A stretch of DNA of 64,000 nucleotides, taken from Clostridia bacterium (GTDB lineage: Bacteria; Bacillota; Clostridia; Christensenellales; CAG-138). The notes under the pieces were generated by a model. It made no database searches and was not told the DNA's origin. It worked only from the letters and a program-made list of their open reading frames with translations. The translations under genes were made by a program, and so were the position numbers. The first letter of the stretch is position 1; each line of letters opens with the position of its first letter. Below, piece after piece: positions 56,037-64,000 of this stretch. The stretch spans positions 12,062-76,061 of the forward strand of contig JAFWVQ010000020.1 in the NCBI GenBank assembly GCA_017523925.1. The letters are read 5' to 3'.

Positions 56037-57734
56037 TTATTGTCTCTTTCGTGATGCGATAAAGAGGAATATGCCCGCCACGGCTACAATGCCGCCGATG
56101 CCGGCCGGAATGATCCACTTGAGGCTCTCGCGCCTCTTGCTGTTATGACCGTTCCAATCTCCGCCGGTAATGTTGATGGGATCAAACGTAAGCTCGGGGA
56201 TCGCGGTGGGGTCGGACGTATCAGCAGGAGTGGGTTCCGCAGGCGGAACAGTTGCGGTCGCCTCAGGCTCGGGCGTCTGAGAAGCTTCCGGCGTATCGGA
56301 GGGCTCTGCCGATTCCTCGGGATCGCCGCTGCTGTCGGGCTGATCAGTGTCTATCGGCTCATCGGAAGCATCCGGCAGATCGGTAGGTTCTTCCGAAGCA
56401 AACGGTGTTTCGTTCGGATCGACGGGAACATCCGAAGGCACATCGGTGGGGATCGAAGTCGGGGTCGAAGTCGGAGTCGGAGAAGGCGCATAATACGGCG
56501 TCGGCGAAGGCGTGGGGGTGTTTGTCGGCCGCGGCGTCGGCGTATTTGTGGGTCTCGGAGTCGGGCTCGGACTTGGTGTGGGCGAGTTAGTCGGCCTCGG
56601 CGTAGGCGTATTTGTGGGCCTTGGAGTCGGAGTTGGGCTCGGACTGGGCGTGGGAGTTGGACTCGGACTCGGAGTGGGAGTCACGGGCTCGACCGGAGTA
56701 ATCGTTATAGGCGGAATGACGGCCCCCGGAGAATACAGGGGAACATCGTTCATATTGAAGAGCGCATAAGCACCGCGCCTGTATCTGTCATAGGCGCAGA
56801 GCGAATACGCCGCCTGCTCGGTTGCCATGCCGTTGATCTCACCGCCGATCGTGTGCGAAAAGCCGGGGGATACGAAGAACGAAAGAAGCGCGTCCACTAC
56901 TGATTTGCCGTGCTTAACAAAGCGAGCGTCGCTGCCCGCATCGATATTCAGCGTGCTTAGAGCAACTATCACCCAGGCGCAGCTCTCGGCATTGGGGCTG
57001 CCATAGCTGGAAAAGCTTCCATTTGAATTCTGCATGGAGGAGAGCTTACTCACGCCTCTATTGATAGCTGCTCGCGCGGATGAATAAGGCGCAAGAGCAG
57101 TCATAGCCATTGCGGTGATGTCCGGATCGGCGTTGCTGCCGAACATTGCCCAGCCTCCTCCTGAGATCTCGCGCTCGAGAATGTAGTCCACACAGCGATT
57201 CTTGATAGAATTCATGCCGTACATGCTCTTGCTGCTGAGCGCGAGCAAGGTGAAGATAGCGCCGTTGATCCCCTGATGAACGTCAAAATCGAAGTTGCTC
57301 AGCGGGGCGGTGAGGTCATAGTCACCGACTTCACGCGCATCGCGCCCGATCGAAGTCAACGCGATGATAACTCTGGAGTTGTCGGTGGAAACGGAGCCGA
57401 GCGTCGGGCTGCCGTTGGTTCGAACGATCCTATCGATCTGAGAATAGTAGGTGTCAAAATAGCTGCTGTCCGCCTGAAGCCGTCCGCTTCTTGCAAGAGC
57501 CAAAACCTTCCATTCGCCGCCGATGCTGCCATACGCCGGGGCGCCCGTTGAATAGAGGTAGTCCAAAACGGTGTTGTACTGAACTGTGTAGGATACCGCA
57601 ACTGACCCATGTCCGGAATCGGCCGTGACCGCAGAGAATATCGGTGCAGCAGAGAACAAAACAGCAAGCACCACTGACAATGTGCGGGCGAAGATCAACC
57701 CCGTTTTAGTAAAATAGCTTTTCAATACAGCCAC
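56037..57734 (-). CDS. Surface protein with prenyltransferase/squalene-oxidase-like alpha-barrel, Pro/Thr stalk and C-terminal TM anchor
   Basis: Signal peptide; EWKVLALAR, QGINGAIFTL, DITAMAMTALAPY, LSSMQNSNGSF, NAES, MATEQA motifs; PT repeats; TM followed by RKRQ. Confidence 0.8.
   Translation of the reverse strand: MAVLKSYFTKTGLIFARTLSVVLAVLFSAAPIFSAVTADSGHGSVAVSYTVQYNTVLDYLYSTGAPAYGSIGGEWKVLALARSGRLQADSSYFDTYYSQIDRIVRTNGSPTLGSVSTDNSRVIIALTSIGRDAREVGDYDLTAPLSNFDFDVHQGINGAIFTLLALSSKSMYGMNSIKNRCVDYILEREISGGGWAMFGSNADPDITAMAMTALAPYSSARAAINRGVSKLSSMQNSNGSFSSYGSPNAESCAWVIVALSTLNIDAGSDARFVKHGKSVVDALLSFFVSPGFSHTIGGEINGMATEQAAYSLCAYDRYRRGAYALFNMNDVPLYSPGAVIPPITITPVEPVTPTPSPSPTPTPSPSPTPTPRPTNTPTPRPTNSPTPSPSPTPRPTNTPTPRPTNTPTPSPTPYYAPSPTPTSTPTSIPTDVPSDVPVDPNETPFASEEPTDLPDASDEPIDTDQPDSSGDPEESAEPSDTPEASQTPEPEATATVPPAEPTPADTSDPTAIPELTFDPINITGGDWNGHNSKRRESLKWIIPAGIGGIVAVAGIFLFIASRKRQ
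56460..56690 (-). repeat. Pro/Thr-rich coding tandem repeats (TPSPSP / TPRPTN)
   Basis: TPTPSPSPTPTPSPSPTPTPRPTNTPTPRPTNSPTPSPSPTPRPTNTPTPRPTNTPTPSPTP. Confidence 0.85.
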
Positions 57735-57806
57735 CTCAAGAACAAAAGAATTTTTCGGCAGAAAGAGCTTTCCGAGAATACTATTAAAGCTCCTTGCCGA
57801 TCCCCT

Positions 57807-57835
57807 CGGGACGGCGTTTATCCAGCCGTCCCGAA
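57807..57835 (-). terminator. Intra-operon hairpin downstream of the dockerin gene
   Basis: tcgggacggc-gtttatcca-gccgtcccga. Confidence 0.5.
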
Positions 57836-57881
57836 GAAATTATATCAGAAAATAATCTGTGAAAGTATCGATCCGATCGGA

Positions 57882-58895
57882 TCAGGAAATATTGAGCGCG
57901 GCGCGAAGCGCGGTGAGCGCGTCGAGCGTGGTGATGCTGCCGTTGCCGTCAACATCCGCAGCGCCGACGAATTCATCGTCGATCTGAGCAACACCCATCG
58001 CATGGCGAAGGATCATGAGCGCATCCGCAACGGAAACAGCGCCGCTGCCGTCAACATCGCCGGGAAGAACGCCGCCCGCAAGCGCAGCCTCAAGCGCGGC
58101 AAGCGCGGCATCGATCGCGTCCTGACCGTTGTCAAGATCGGTGAGGGTCTCAACGAAAGCAACGTATTCATCGTAGGCCTGTCCGCCCTCGGCTACCATA
58201 GCCGCAAGCTCGGGATCGGCAGCGATCTCGGCATAAAGTGCGCACGCAGCGTCGCGGTCAACGAGGTAGGAAGGATTCTCGAAGGGAGCGAACATGCCCC
58301 AGCCGTCGTTGATGCCCACGTCCATACCCCAGCCGTAGATGGAGTACATCCAGCGGTAAACAACACCGTTCTCAACGGTAACGCCGTCCGCGCCAACGTC
58401 GGGCGAAGCATTGCCGGCAACGTTCATCCAGCCGGAATAATAGGTGTATTCCATCTGGGAGAGGATGCCGTCGCCGTTTTCGGGATTGTACCAATCGCCG
58501 GTATCATCGTCGTAGCAGCCGAAGTTATTCTCAAGCTCGGGAGCGAGATACTCGGGAACAACGATCTCTTCGCCGTTTGCAAGCTGTTCGCAGGCAACGC
58601 CGGTGAGATAGAAGCCGTACTGAGAAAGCTGATAATCGCCATCAACACCGGCAGTTTCGAGCAAACGAACGGTAACGTCCGCAAGGCTCTCACCCTCATG
58701 ATAGGGAACGAGAGTGGGCTCGATGATGAAGCCCCAGCCGAGAACGAAGACCTCGAAATCTACAACGACGTAGCCGTCATAGCCATCGGGAACTTCGGGC
58801 ATGGTGCGCACCTCGGCGGAAACTGCGCCGAATGCAAGGGTGAGGAGAAGCGCCGCAGCAACAGCAGCGGCAAGAAGCTTTTTGTAGATTTTCAT
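57882..58895 (-). CDS. Secreted DUF4430-like protein with C-terminal type I dockerin
   Basis: Signal peptide; FIIEP, SGWM, YRWMYSIYGWG; duplicated Ca-binding GDVDGSGAVSVADALMILR / ADVDGNGSITTLDALTALR. Confidence 0.8.
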   Translation of the reverse strand: MKIYKKLLAAAVAAALLLTLAFGAVSAEVRTMPEVPDGYDGYVVVDFEVFVLGWGFIIEPTLVPYHEGESLADVTVRLLETAGVDGDYQLSQYGFYLTGVACEQLANGEEIVVPEYLAPELENNFGCYDDDTGDWYNPENGDGILSQMEYTYYSGWMNVAGNASPDVGADGVTVENGVVYRWMYSIYGWGMDVGINDGWGMFAPFENPSYLVDRDAACALYAEIAADPELAAMVAEGGQAYDEYVAFVETLTDLDNGQDAIDAALAALEAALAGGVLPGDVDGSGAVSVADALMILRHAMGVAQIDDEFVGAADVDGNGSITTLDALTALRAALNIS

Positions 58896-59033
58896 ATTAC
58901 AATACCTCCGTGTATTATTTTTTTAGGGGTCTACAATCCCCGCGCGGCGGCGAAAGCGGAAAGCTCATGAGCCCGAGATCGCGAAGATCCCGAGCATCAC
59001 AGCAGCACGCATCGGCAGCCGCATTGAAAGGTA

Positions 59034-59248
59034 GTACACGGCAGGTCTCCTGGCTTCCGGATAAGCCTACTTGCCCCGCCTTCCCAAGCTAAGCGCTAAG
59101 TGGCGGTATGGGGCTTTCGTGGCCGGTTACAGTAGCGGGGTCTGCTGCGGCATTGCACCGCATTCCCTTTTAACCGCGATGCTTTAAACGCAAAAAGCAT
59201 GCCAATCGACTAATTGCGATCAGCAAAAGCACCGTTCGGACCGTATCT
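59034..59248 (-). ncRNA. Cobalamin riboswitch
   Basis: Minus strand GGTGC...TTAAAAGGGAATGCGGTGCAATGCCGCAGCAGACCCCGCTACTGTAA...CCAC...GGGAAGG...GAAGCCAGGAGACCTGCC (B12 box). Confidence 0.92.
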
Positions 59249-59266
59249 GCCTGTTCAATTGAGCTC

Positions 59267-59295
59267 AGTATATCAAACTCCGTGCGCTTTGTCAA
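59267..59295 (-). promoter_or_regulatory. sigmaA promoter upstream of the riboswitch
   Basis: TTGACA-17 nt-TATACT with extended TG. Confidence 0.75.
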
Positions 59296-59415
59296 CATTT
59301 ACGGAAAATACAGTAAGGCGCGCTGTATATTAAAAACAAAAGCGCGGCCAACACTTTTTGTGGATGACCGCGCTAAAGCAACAATTATTGTAGAATCGTA
59401 TCGAATATCGAATCA

Positions 59416-60624
59416 CTAAAACAGCAGTGAAACGAGCTTGAACAGCCAGTTTGCGGCAAAGCCCGCCGCAAGACCGCCGACAGTGTGGCTGATTATCGCC
59501 TTGCCGGTCATTTCGGGACGGCGAAGCGCCTGCATCATGGAGGCATGGGTGGAAAGGTAGCCGCTCCAGCACATGCACATCGCGGTGAAAACGGCGATAT
59601 CGTGTGCGTTCACGAGACCCGCTGCGGAGAGCTCCTTGACGATGCCCGTTGCGGCGCCGGCGGAACCGAGCGCGGTTATAGGCACTGCGACGGATTCACT
59701 TGAAGCGAAGCCGAATATGGGCTGAAGGATGAAATTGATCTTTTCGGCGATAAGCGGAAGAAGCCTGATTCCCTCGAAAGCCGCGCCGGTGTAGCTCCCG
59801 TCCGGAGATGGCCCTTTGGTAAGAAGCATGACAACTGTGCAAACGACCACAACGCCGGGAATGATCGCAAGTCCTATGTCAACGCCGTTCTTTCCGCCGT
59901 TGAGCGCGGCGTTGAGAACGCGCATGCCGATGCCCACCTTCTTGCTGTCGCCGGTGGATGCGGAGCCCGCGATGACGGGCACGTTGTCCTCGTATTCCTC
60001 GGTACCAAACGCTTTCTTAGTCTGCATGAGCATGAGCCTTGTGCTGACGATACTGCCGATAACTGCGCCGATGTTTCCTATAAGAACGGCGATAACGACG
60101 TTTCCGCCTGCTACGTTCAAGCCGAGCATGAAGGTCGAAACGATCACGCCCATGCCGAACGCGGTGCCGAGATTGGTCAGCGCATAGAACTGATACTTCT
60201 TAAAATACTTACGGAAGCCCGAGTCCTCCGCAAGCGAAAGGATGGCGGGGTTATCCGAAAGATACGTCGTAACGATGCCGAGCGCCGCAGCGCCGGGAAG
60301 CCCGTAGAGCGGCTTCATAAGCGGGTTGAGCAGGTTGTTCAAAAGCGCAACTACGCCGAACTCGGTCAGAAGCGCCGCAACTGCGCCCATTATGACGGCG
60401 ATCGCCATTATGTACAAACAGGTATCAACAAGCAGCGCAAACGCCGTGTTCATAATGGTACTCAGCGCATTGGAAAGCCCCATCGGGATAGCAAACAGAA
60501 GCATCAGTCCGATGAAGATCACGAGAAAAATAAGGGGAGACAGCCAGAATTTCAGCTTCGATACGCGAGCGGGGGATGCGCCCTCCGTATTCCTTTTAAG
60601 CTTAGCTTTCATAACCTTAAGCAA
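59416..60624 (-). CDS. Polytopic membrane protein (nucleoside-recognition gate-like, CD0519/CD1768-type)
   Basis: About 10 TMs; TTYLSDNPAI, NLGTAFGMG, CMCWSGYLSTH motifs. Confidence 0.65.
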   Translation of the reverse strand: MLKVMKAKLKRNTEGASPARVSKLKFWLSPLIFLVIFIGLMLLFAIPMGLSNALSTIMNTAFALLVDTCLYIMAIAVIMGAVAALLTEFGVVALLNNLLNPLMKPLYGLPGAAALGIVTTYLSDNPAILSLAEDSGFRKYFKKYQFYALTNLGTAFGMGVIVSTFMLGLNVAGGNVVIAVLIGNIGAVIGSIVSTRLMLMQTKKAFGTEEYEDNVPVIAGSASTGDSKKVGIGMRVLNAALNGGKNGVDIGLAIIPGVVVVCTVVMLLTKGPSPDGSYTGAAFEGIRLLPLIAEKINFILQPIFGFASSESVAVPITALGSAGAATGIVKELSAAGLVNAHDIAVFTAMCMCWSGYLSTHASMMQALRRPEMTGKAIISHTVGGLAAGFAANWLFKLVSLLF

Positions 60625-60879
60625 CGCCCTTCCTATTGTTCTTTGGTGTTATTTGACTTTTGTAAGCATGCACACCGGCACTGGCAGGTGGCTCGCTTTT
60701 ACAACAATTGCACTATACATTAAATCTGGTTGCAAAAAAAGCAAATGTTTGTTATACTTAACATGAAAATTTTTAATGGATCGTTGTTCAACGCCCTGTT
60801 TGTGCCGCACCATGGTCGAGCGAGCTGTCTGTTGAACGGATTTTATTCATCACCTCAACGGCGAACCGGAGGATTAACC

Positions 60880-61764
60880 ATGAATATCGAGTATTGTCGC
60901 CTTTTTCTGAAAACGGTGAGGCTCGGCAGCTTCACCGCCGCAGCCGAGCAAAGCGGCTACACGCAATCCGCGCTCAGCCATATCATCTCAAGCATGGAGC
61001 ATGAATTCGGTTTCGCGCTTTTCACCAGGAGCAAGGCCGGCGTCGCGCTCACACAGGAGGGCGAGCGAATGCTGCCATTCATCCGCGATGCTGTGAACAG
61101 AGTAGATATCGCACTTCAGGCTGCCGATGAAGTAAAGGGGCTCAAGTCGGGCAAAGTGAGGATCGGCGCTTTTTCGAGCGTCGCCATATGCCGCCTTCCC
61201 GCCATCATAGAGGAATTCGGGAGCGTTTATCCGAATATCGAGCTCGATGTGCGCGTGGACACTTACAAGGTGATCGAGGATTGGCTTGTGAACGATATGA
61301 TCGACTGCGGATTCTTGAGCGGCGCTTCCTCCAAGGGAATGACGTTCTTTCCGCTGATGGAGGACAGACTGCTCGCAGTCCTTCCCGACGCACACCCGCT
61401 TTCTGTCGGATCAACGCTCGCCGCAAATAGCATTGAAGAGATGGATTTCATCGTTCCCGGTGAAGGCAGCAACTACGATATCGGCAGGCTATTCCGATCC
61501 GAGGGTATCATGCCCAAGGTACGTTTTGCGGTAAGCGATGACTACGCCGCAGCCGCAATGGTAAAGCAGGGACTCGGCATGACGATACTTCCGGAGCTCA
61601 CCCTTGAGGGCATCGGCGGAACTTTCAACACGCTCGAGCTTGAGCCGGAATGTATCAGAACCATCGGTATCGCCGCGAAGAAGAGCGCTGCTGCTTCGCC
61701 CGCGTGCAAGGCGTTTATGGATTTTGTTAAAGCAAGTTTCAATAAGGCCGCAAATTTGAAATGA
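60880..61764 (+). CDS. LysR family transcriptional regulator
   Basis: GSFTAAAEQSGYTQSALSH...LFTR...LTQEG; MVKQGLGMTILP. Confidence 0.93.
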   Translation: MNIEYCRLFLKTVRLGSFTAAAEQSGYTQSALSHIISSMEHEFGFALFTRSKAGVALTQEGERMLPFIRDAVNRVDIALQAADEVKGLKSGKVRIGAFSSVAICRLPAIIEEFGSVYPNIELDVRVDTYKVIEDWLVNDMIDCGFLSGASSKGMTFFPLMEDRLLAVLPDAHPLSVGSTLAANSIEEMDFIVPGEGSNYDIGRLFRSEGIMPKVRFAVSDDYAAAAMVKQGLGMTILPELTLEGIGGTFNTLELEPECIRTIGIAAKKSAAASPACKAFMDFVKASFNKAANLK

Positions 61765-61881
61765 TAGCTTTCGATCGAACACAATAAGCGCAGCTCAAAT
61801 ATATTTGCCTGAGCGAACAGAAAAACGTATAATAAAATATTGCAAAATCGAACAGCAAACAGCCTAAGGCGGGAAAATGCT

Positions 61882-62712
61882 ATGATAAGAACGAACAATA
61901 TTGAATACAGCTATGACGGCGCGGAAAGAAAAGCGCTGGATGGAGTCAGTCTCGAGATCCGTGAAGGGGAATTCGTTGCGATAGTCGGGCACAATGGCAG
62001 CGGCAAATCCACTCTCGCCAAGATGCTCAACGCGCTGCTTCTGCCCGATGCCGGTGTCGTGAGCGTTTTCGGGATGGACACCTCGGACGAGGAGCTGACG
62101 CTCGACATTCGCAAGAAGGTCGGCATTGTGTTTCAAAACCCCGATAATCAGATCGTTACCACCGTTGTTGAAGAGGACGTAGGCTTCGGACCCGAGAATC
62201 TCGGCGTACCGACGCAGGAGATCGTCGAGCGTGTCCACAGTGCGCTCGAGGCTGTCGGGATGCTCGATTACGCGAAGCATGCGCCGCATATGCTCTCGGG
62301 CGGTCAAAAGCAGCGCATAGCCATTGCCGGAGTGCTTGCGATCGACCCGGACGTGCTCGTTTTCGATGAGGCGACCGCGATGCTCGATCCGCTCGGCAGA
62401 AGAGCCGTAATTGATATAGCATCACGGCTAAATAAGGAGAAGGGCAAGACCGTGGTTATGATAACCCAGTATATGGAGGAGGTCACCGCCGCAGACCGCG
62501 TTATCGTGATGAGCGGCGGAAAGATCGCCATGACCGGAACGCCCGAGGAGATCTTTAGGCGCGGCGATGAGCTGAGAGCCCTGCGGCTCGACGTGCCCGT
62601 GATGGTGGAGCTGCGCGAAATGCTTGAGAAGGACGGGATCATTCCCGTGACCGATGCGCTTGAAGTTGAGGAGATGGCGGAGGTAATATGCCCATTGTTG
62701 TTGAAAAACTGA
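61882..62712 (+). CDS. ecfA1: Energy-coupling factor ATPase EcfA1
   Basis: GHNGSGKS, FQNPDNQ, LSGGQKQR, DEATAMLDP motifs. Confidence 0.92.
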   Translation: MIRTNNIEYSYDGAERKALDGVSLEIREGEFVAIVGHNGSGKSTLAKMLNALLLPDAGVVSVFGMDTSDEELTLDIRKKVGIVFQNPDNQIVTTVVEEDVGFGPENLGVPTQEIVERVHSALEAVGMLDYAKHAPHMLSGGQKQRIAIAGVLAIDPDVLVFDEATAMLDPLGRRAVIDIASRLNKEKGKTVVMITQYMEEVTAADRVIVMSGGKIAMTGTPEEIFRRGDELRALRLDVPVMVELREMLEKDGIIPVTDALEVEEMAEVICPLLLKN

Positions 62713-63539
62713 CGCATACTTATATGCCCAATACCGATAACGAGTTCGTTGCCGTCGAGGATATAACGCTGACCATCAACGAGGGCGAGTTCTTCGGCAT
62801 AATCGGGCATACCGGCAGCGGCAAGTCCACCTTCATCCAGCACCTCAACGGGCTCATGCAGCCTACGAGCGGCAGCGTTACCGTGGACGGCTTCGACATG
62901 AGCGATAAGAAGCAGCGCGCAAAAGGCAGAGCCCGCGTCGGCATGGTGTTCCAGTACCCGGATTATCAGCTCTTCGACAGCACCGTTCTGGACGACGTTT
63001 CCTTCGGTCCGAAGAATATGGGCTTCGCTGCCGACGAGGTCAAGCAGCGTTCGCTCGAAGCCATGCGAATGGTCGGTCTCGACCCCGAGGTATTCGCCGA
63101 AAAATCGCCCTTCGAGCTCTCGGGAGGCGAAAAGCGCAGAGCAGCGCTCGCGGGCATAATCGCGATGCGCCCCAAATACCTCGTGCTCGACGAGCCTATG
63201 GCGGGCCTCGATCCCTCCGGCAGACGCGAGATACTCGCTACGATAAACTCGCTTCGCGACGAGCTCAAATGCACCGTTATCATGGTCAGCCACTCCATGG
63301 AGGACGTGGCGCACTCCGCTGAGCGCATAGCGGTGATGAACGACGGCAAGCTCTACGCGCTCGGCACGCCGGACGAGATATTCTCAAAAACCAACGAGCT
63401 GATCTCACTCGGGCTCGATGCGCCCAGGACCGCGCGCCTTGCACAATTGCTTCGCGAACGCGGCTGCGACGTGCCCGAGGATATCTATACGAACGAGCGC
63501 TTCGTTGAATGGCTGAAGAGGAGGATGAAAAATGCTTAA
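62688..63539 (+). CDS. ecfA2: Energy-coupling factor ATPase EcfA2
   Basis: GHTGSGKS, FQYPDYQLF, SPFELSGG, DEPMAGLDP motifs. Confidence 0.92.
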   Translation: MPIVVEKLTHTYMPNTDNEFVAVEDITLTINEGEFFGIIGHTGSGKSTFIQHLNGLMQPTSGSVTVDGFDMSDKKQRAKGRARVGMVFQYPDYQLFDSTVLDDVSFGPKNMGFAADEVKQRSLEAMRMVGLDPEVFAEKSPFELSGGEKRRAALAGIIAMRPKYLVLDEPMAGLDPSGRREILATINSLRDELKCTVIMVSHSMEDVAHSAERIAVMNDGKLYALGTPDEIFSKTNELISLGLDAPRTARLAQLLRERGCDVPEDIYTNERFVEWLKRRMKNA

Positions 63540-64000
63540 GGATATCACCCTCGGTCAGTACGTTCCGGGAGATTCCGTGCTGCACAGGCTCGATCCGCGC
63601 ACGAAGATACTGCTGATGGTTGCCTATATCGTGGCGGTGTTTCTCGTTAAAAGGATAGAGGTCTTCCCGATCATCATAATCTTCACCATAGCCGTGACCC
63701 TGCTTTCGCGCGTTCGGCTATCATACATCTTTAAGGCGCTCAAGCCCATGAAGCTGATACTGCCGCTGATGTTTCTGATGAACCTCTTTCTCATCAAAAC
63801 CGGCGATCTGCTCGTTGAATGGTGGATCTTCCGTATTTATAAGGACGGTCTTATCAACGCCGTTTTCATCGTGCTGCGCCTTGCGACCCTCGTGACCGGC
63901 ACGAGCCTTCTTACTCTCACCACCACTCCGATCGCACTCACGGACGGCCTTGAAAAGCTGCTGACACCGCTGAAGATCATCAAATTCCCGGCGCATGAGC
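63532..64000 (+). CDS. ecfT: Energy-coupling factor T component (partial, runs off the window)
   Basis: MLKDITLGQYVPGDSVLHRLDPRTK...LLTLTTTP...GLEKLL.PLK; not in the ORF track because no stop lies in the window. Confidence 0.9.
   Translation, partial: MLKDITLGQYVPGDSVLHRLDPRTKILLMVAYIVAVFLVKRIEVFPIIIIFTIAVTLLSRVRLSYIFKALKPMKLILPLMFLMNLFLIKTGDLLVEWWIFRIYKDGLINAVFIVLRLATLVTGTSLLTLTTTPIALTDGLEKLLTPLKIIKFPAHE

Noticed and set aside
56460-56690. Tandem repeats considered as a possible CRISPR array or DNA-level repeat
   Set aside because: In-frame Pro/Thr linker with synonymous variation, no unique spacers and no cas genes.
56037-57734. Squalene/terpene cyclase call
   Set aside because: Secreted, single barrel, no DXDD motif, membrane-stalked and under a B12 riboswitch.

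Overview
Chromosomal window from a spore-forming Clostridia-type (Bacillota) anaerobe, judged from spoIID, spoVB-like, cdaA-cdaR, floA, rnj, ecfA1A2T and a dockerin. No CRISPR array, integrase, transposase or prophage is evident. Most of the window is housekeeping or accessory metabolism. Two loci stand out. (1) A tightly coupled minus-strand lipid operon of at least 12 genes (<1..11757) behind a perfect TTGACA-N17-TATAAT promoter. It combines an acyl-adenylate ligase fused to a carrier domain, a second ligase, a free ACP, two PlsC-type acyltransferases, an LRAT/PLAAT-type (permuted NlpC/P60) enzyme, two or three membrane-anchored alpha/beta-hydrolases, a GPH/MFS_2 transporter and FakA/FakB. 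This looks like a dedicated lipid-scavenging or acyl-transfer system that I cannot match to a described pathway. (2) A cobalamin-riboswitch-controlled operon (51916..59295) encoding a DUF4430-dockerin protein, a Pro/Thr-stalked alpha-barrel surface protein, a DUF4430 lipoprotein and a dedicated ECF transporter, resembling a transcobalamin split across proteins. Also notable are a stand-alone proteasome-beta-like protein with Ser1, a NUDIX plus radical SAM pair, a lipoprotein serpin and a lipoprotein flavodoxin. All calls are by eye from motifs; no database searches were run.
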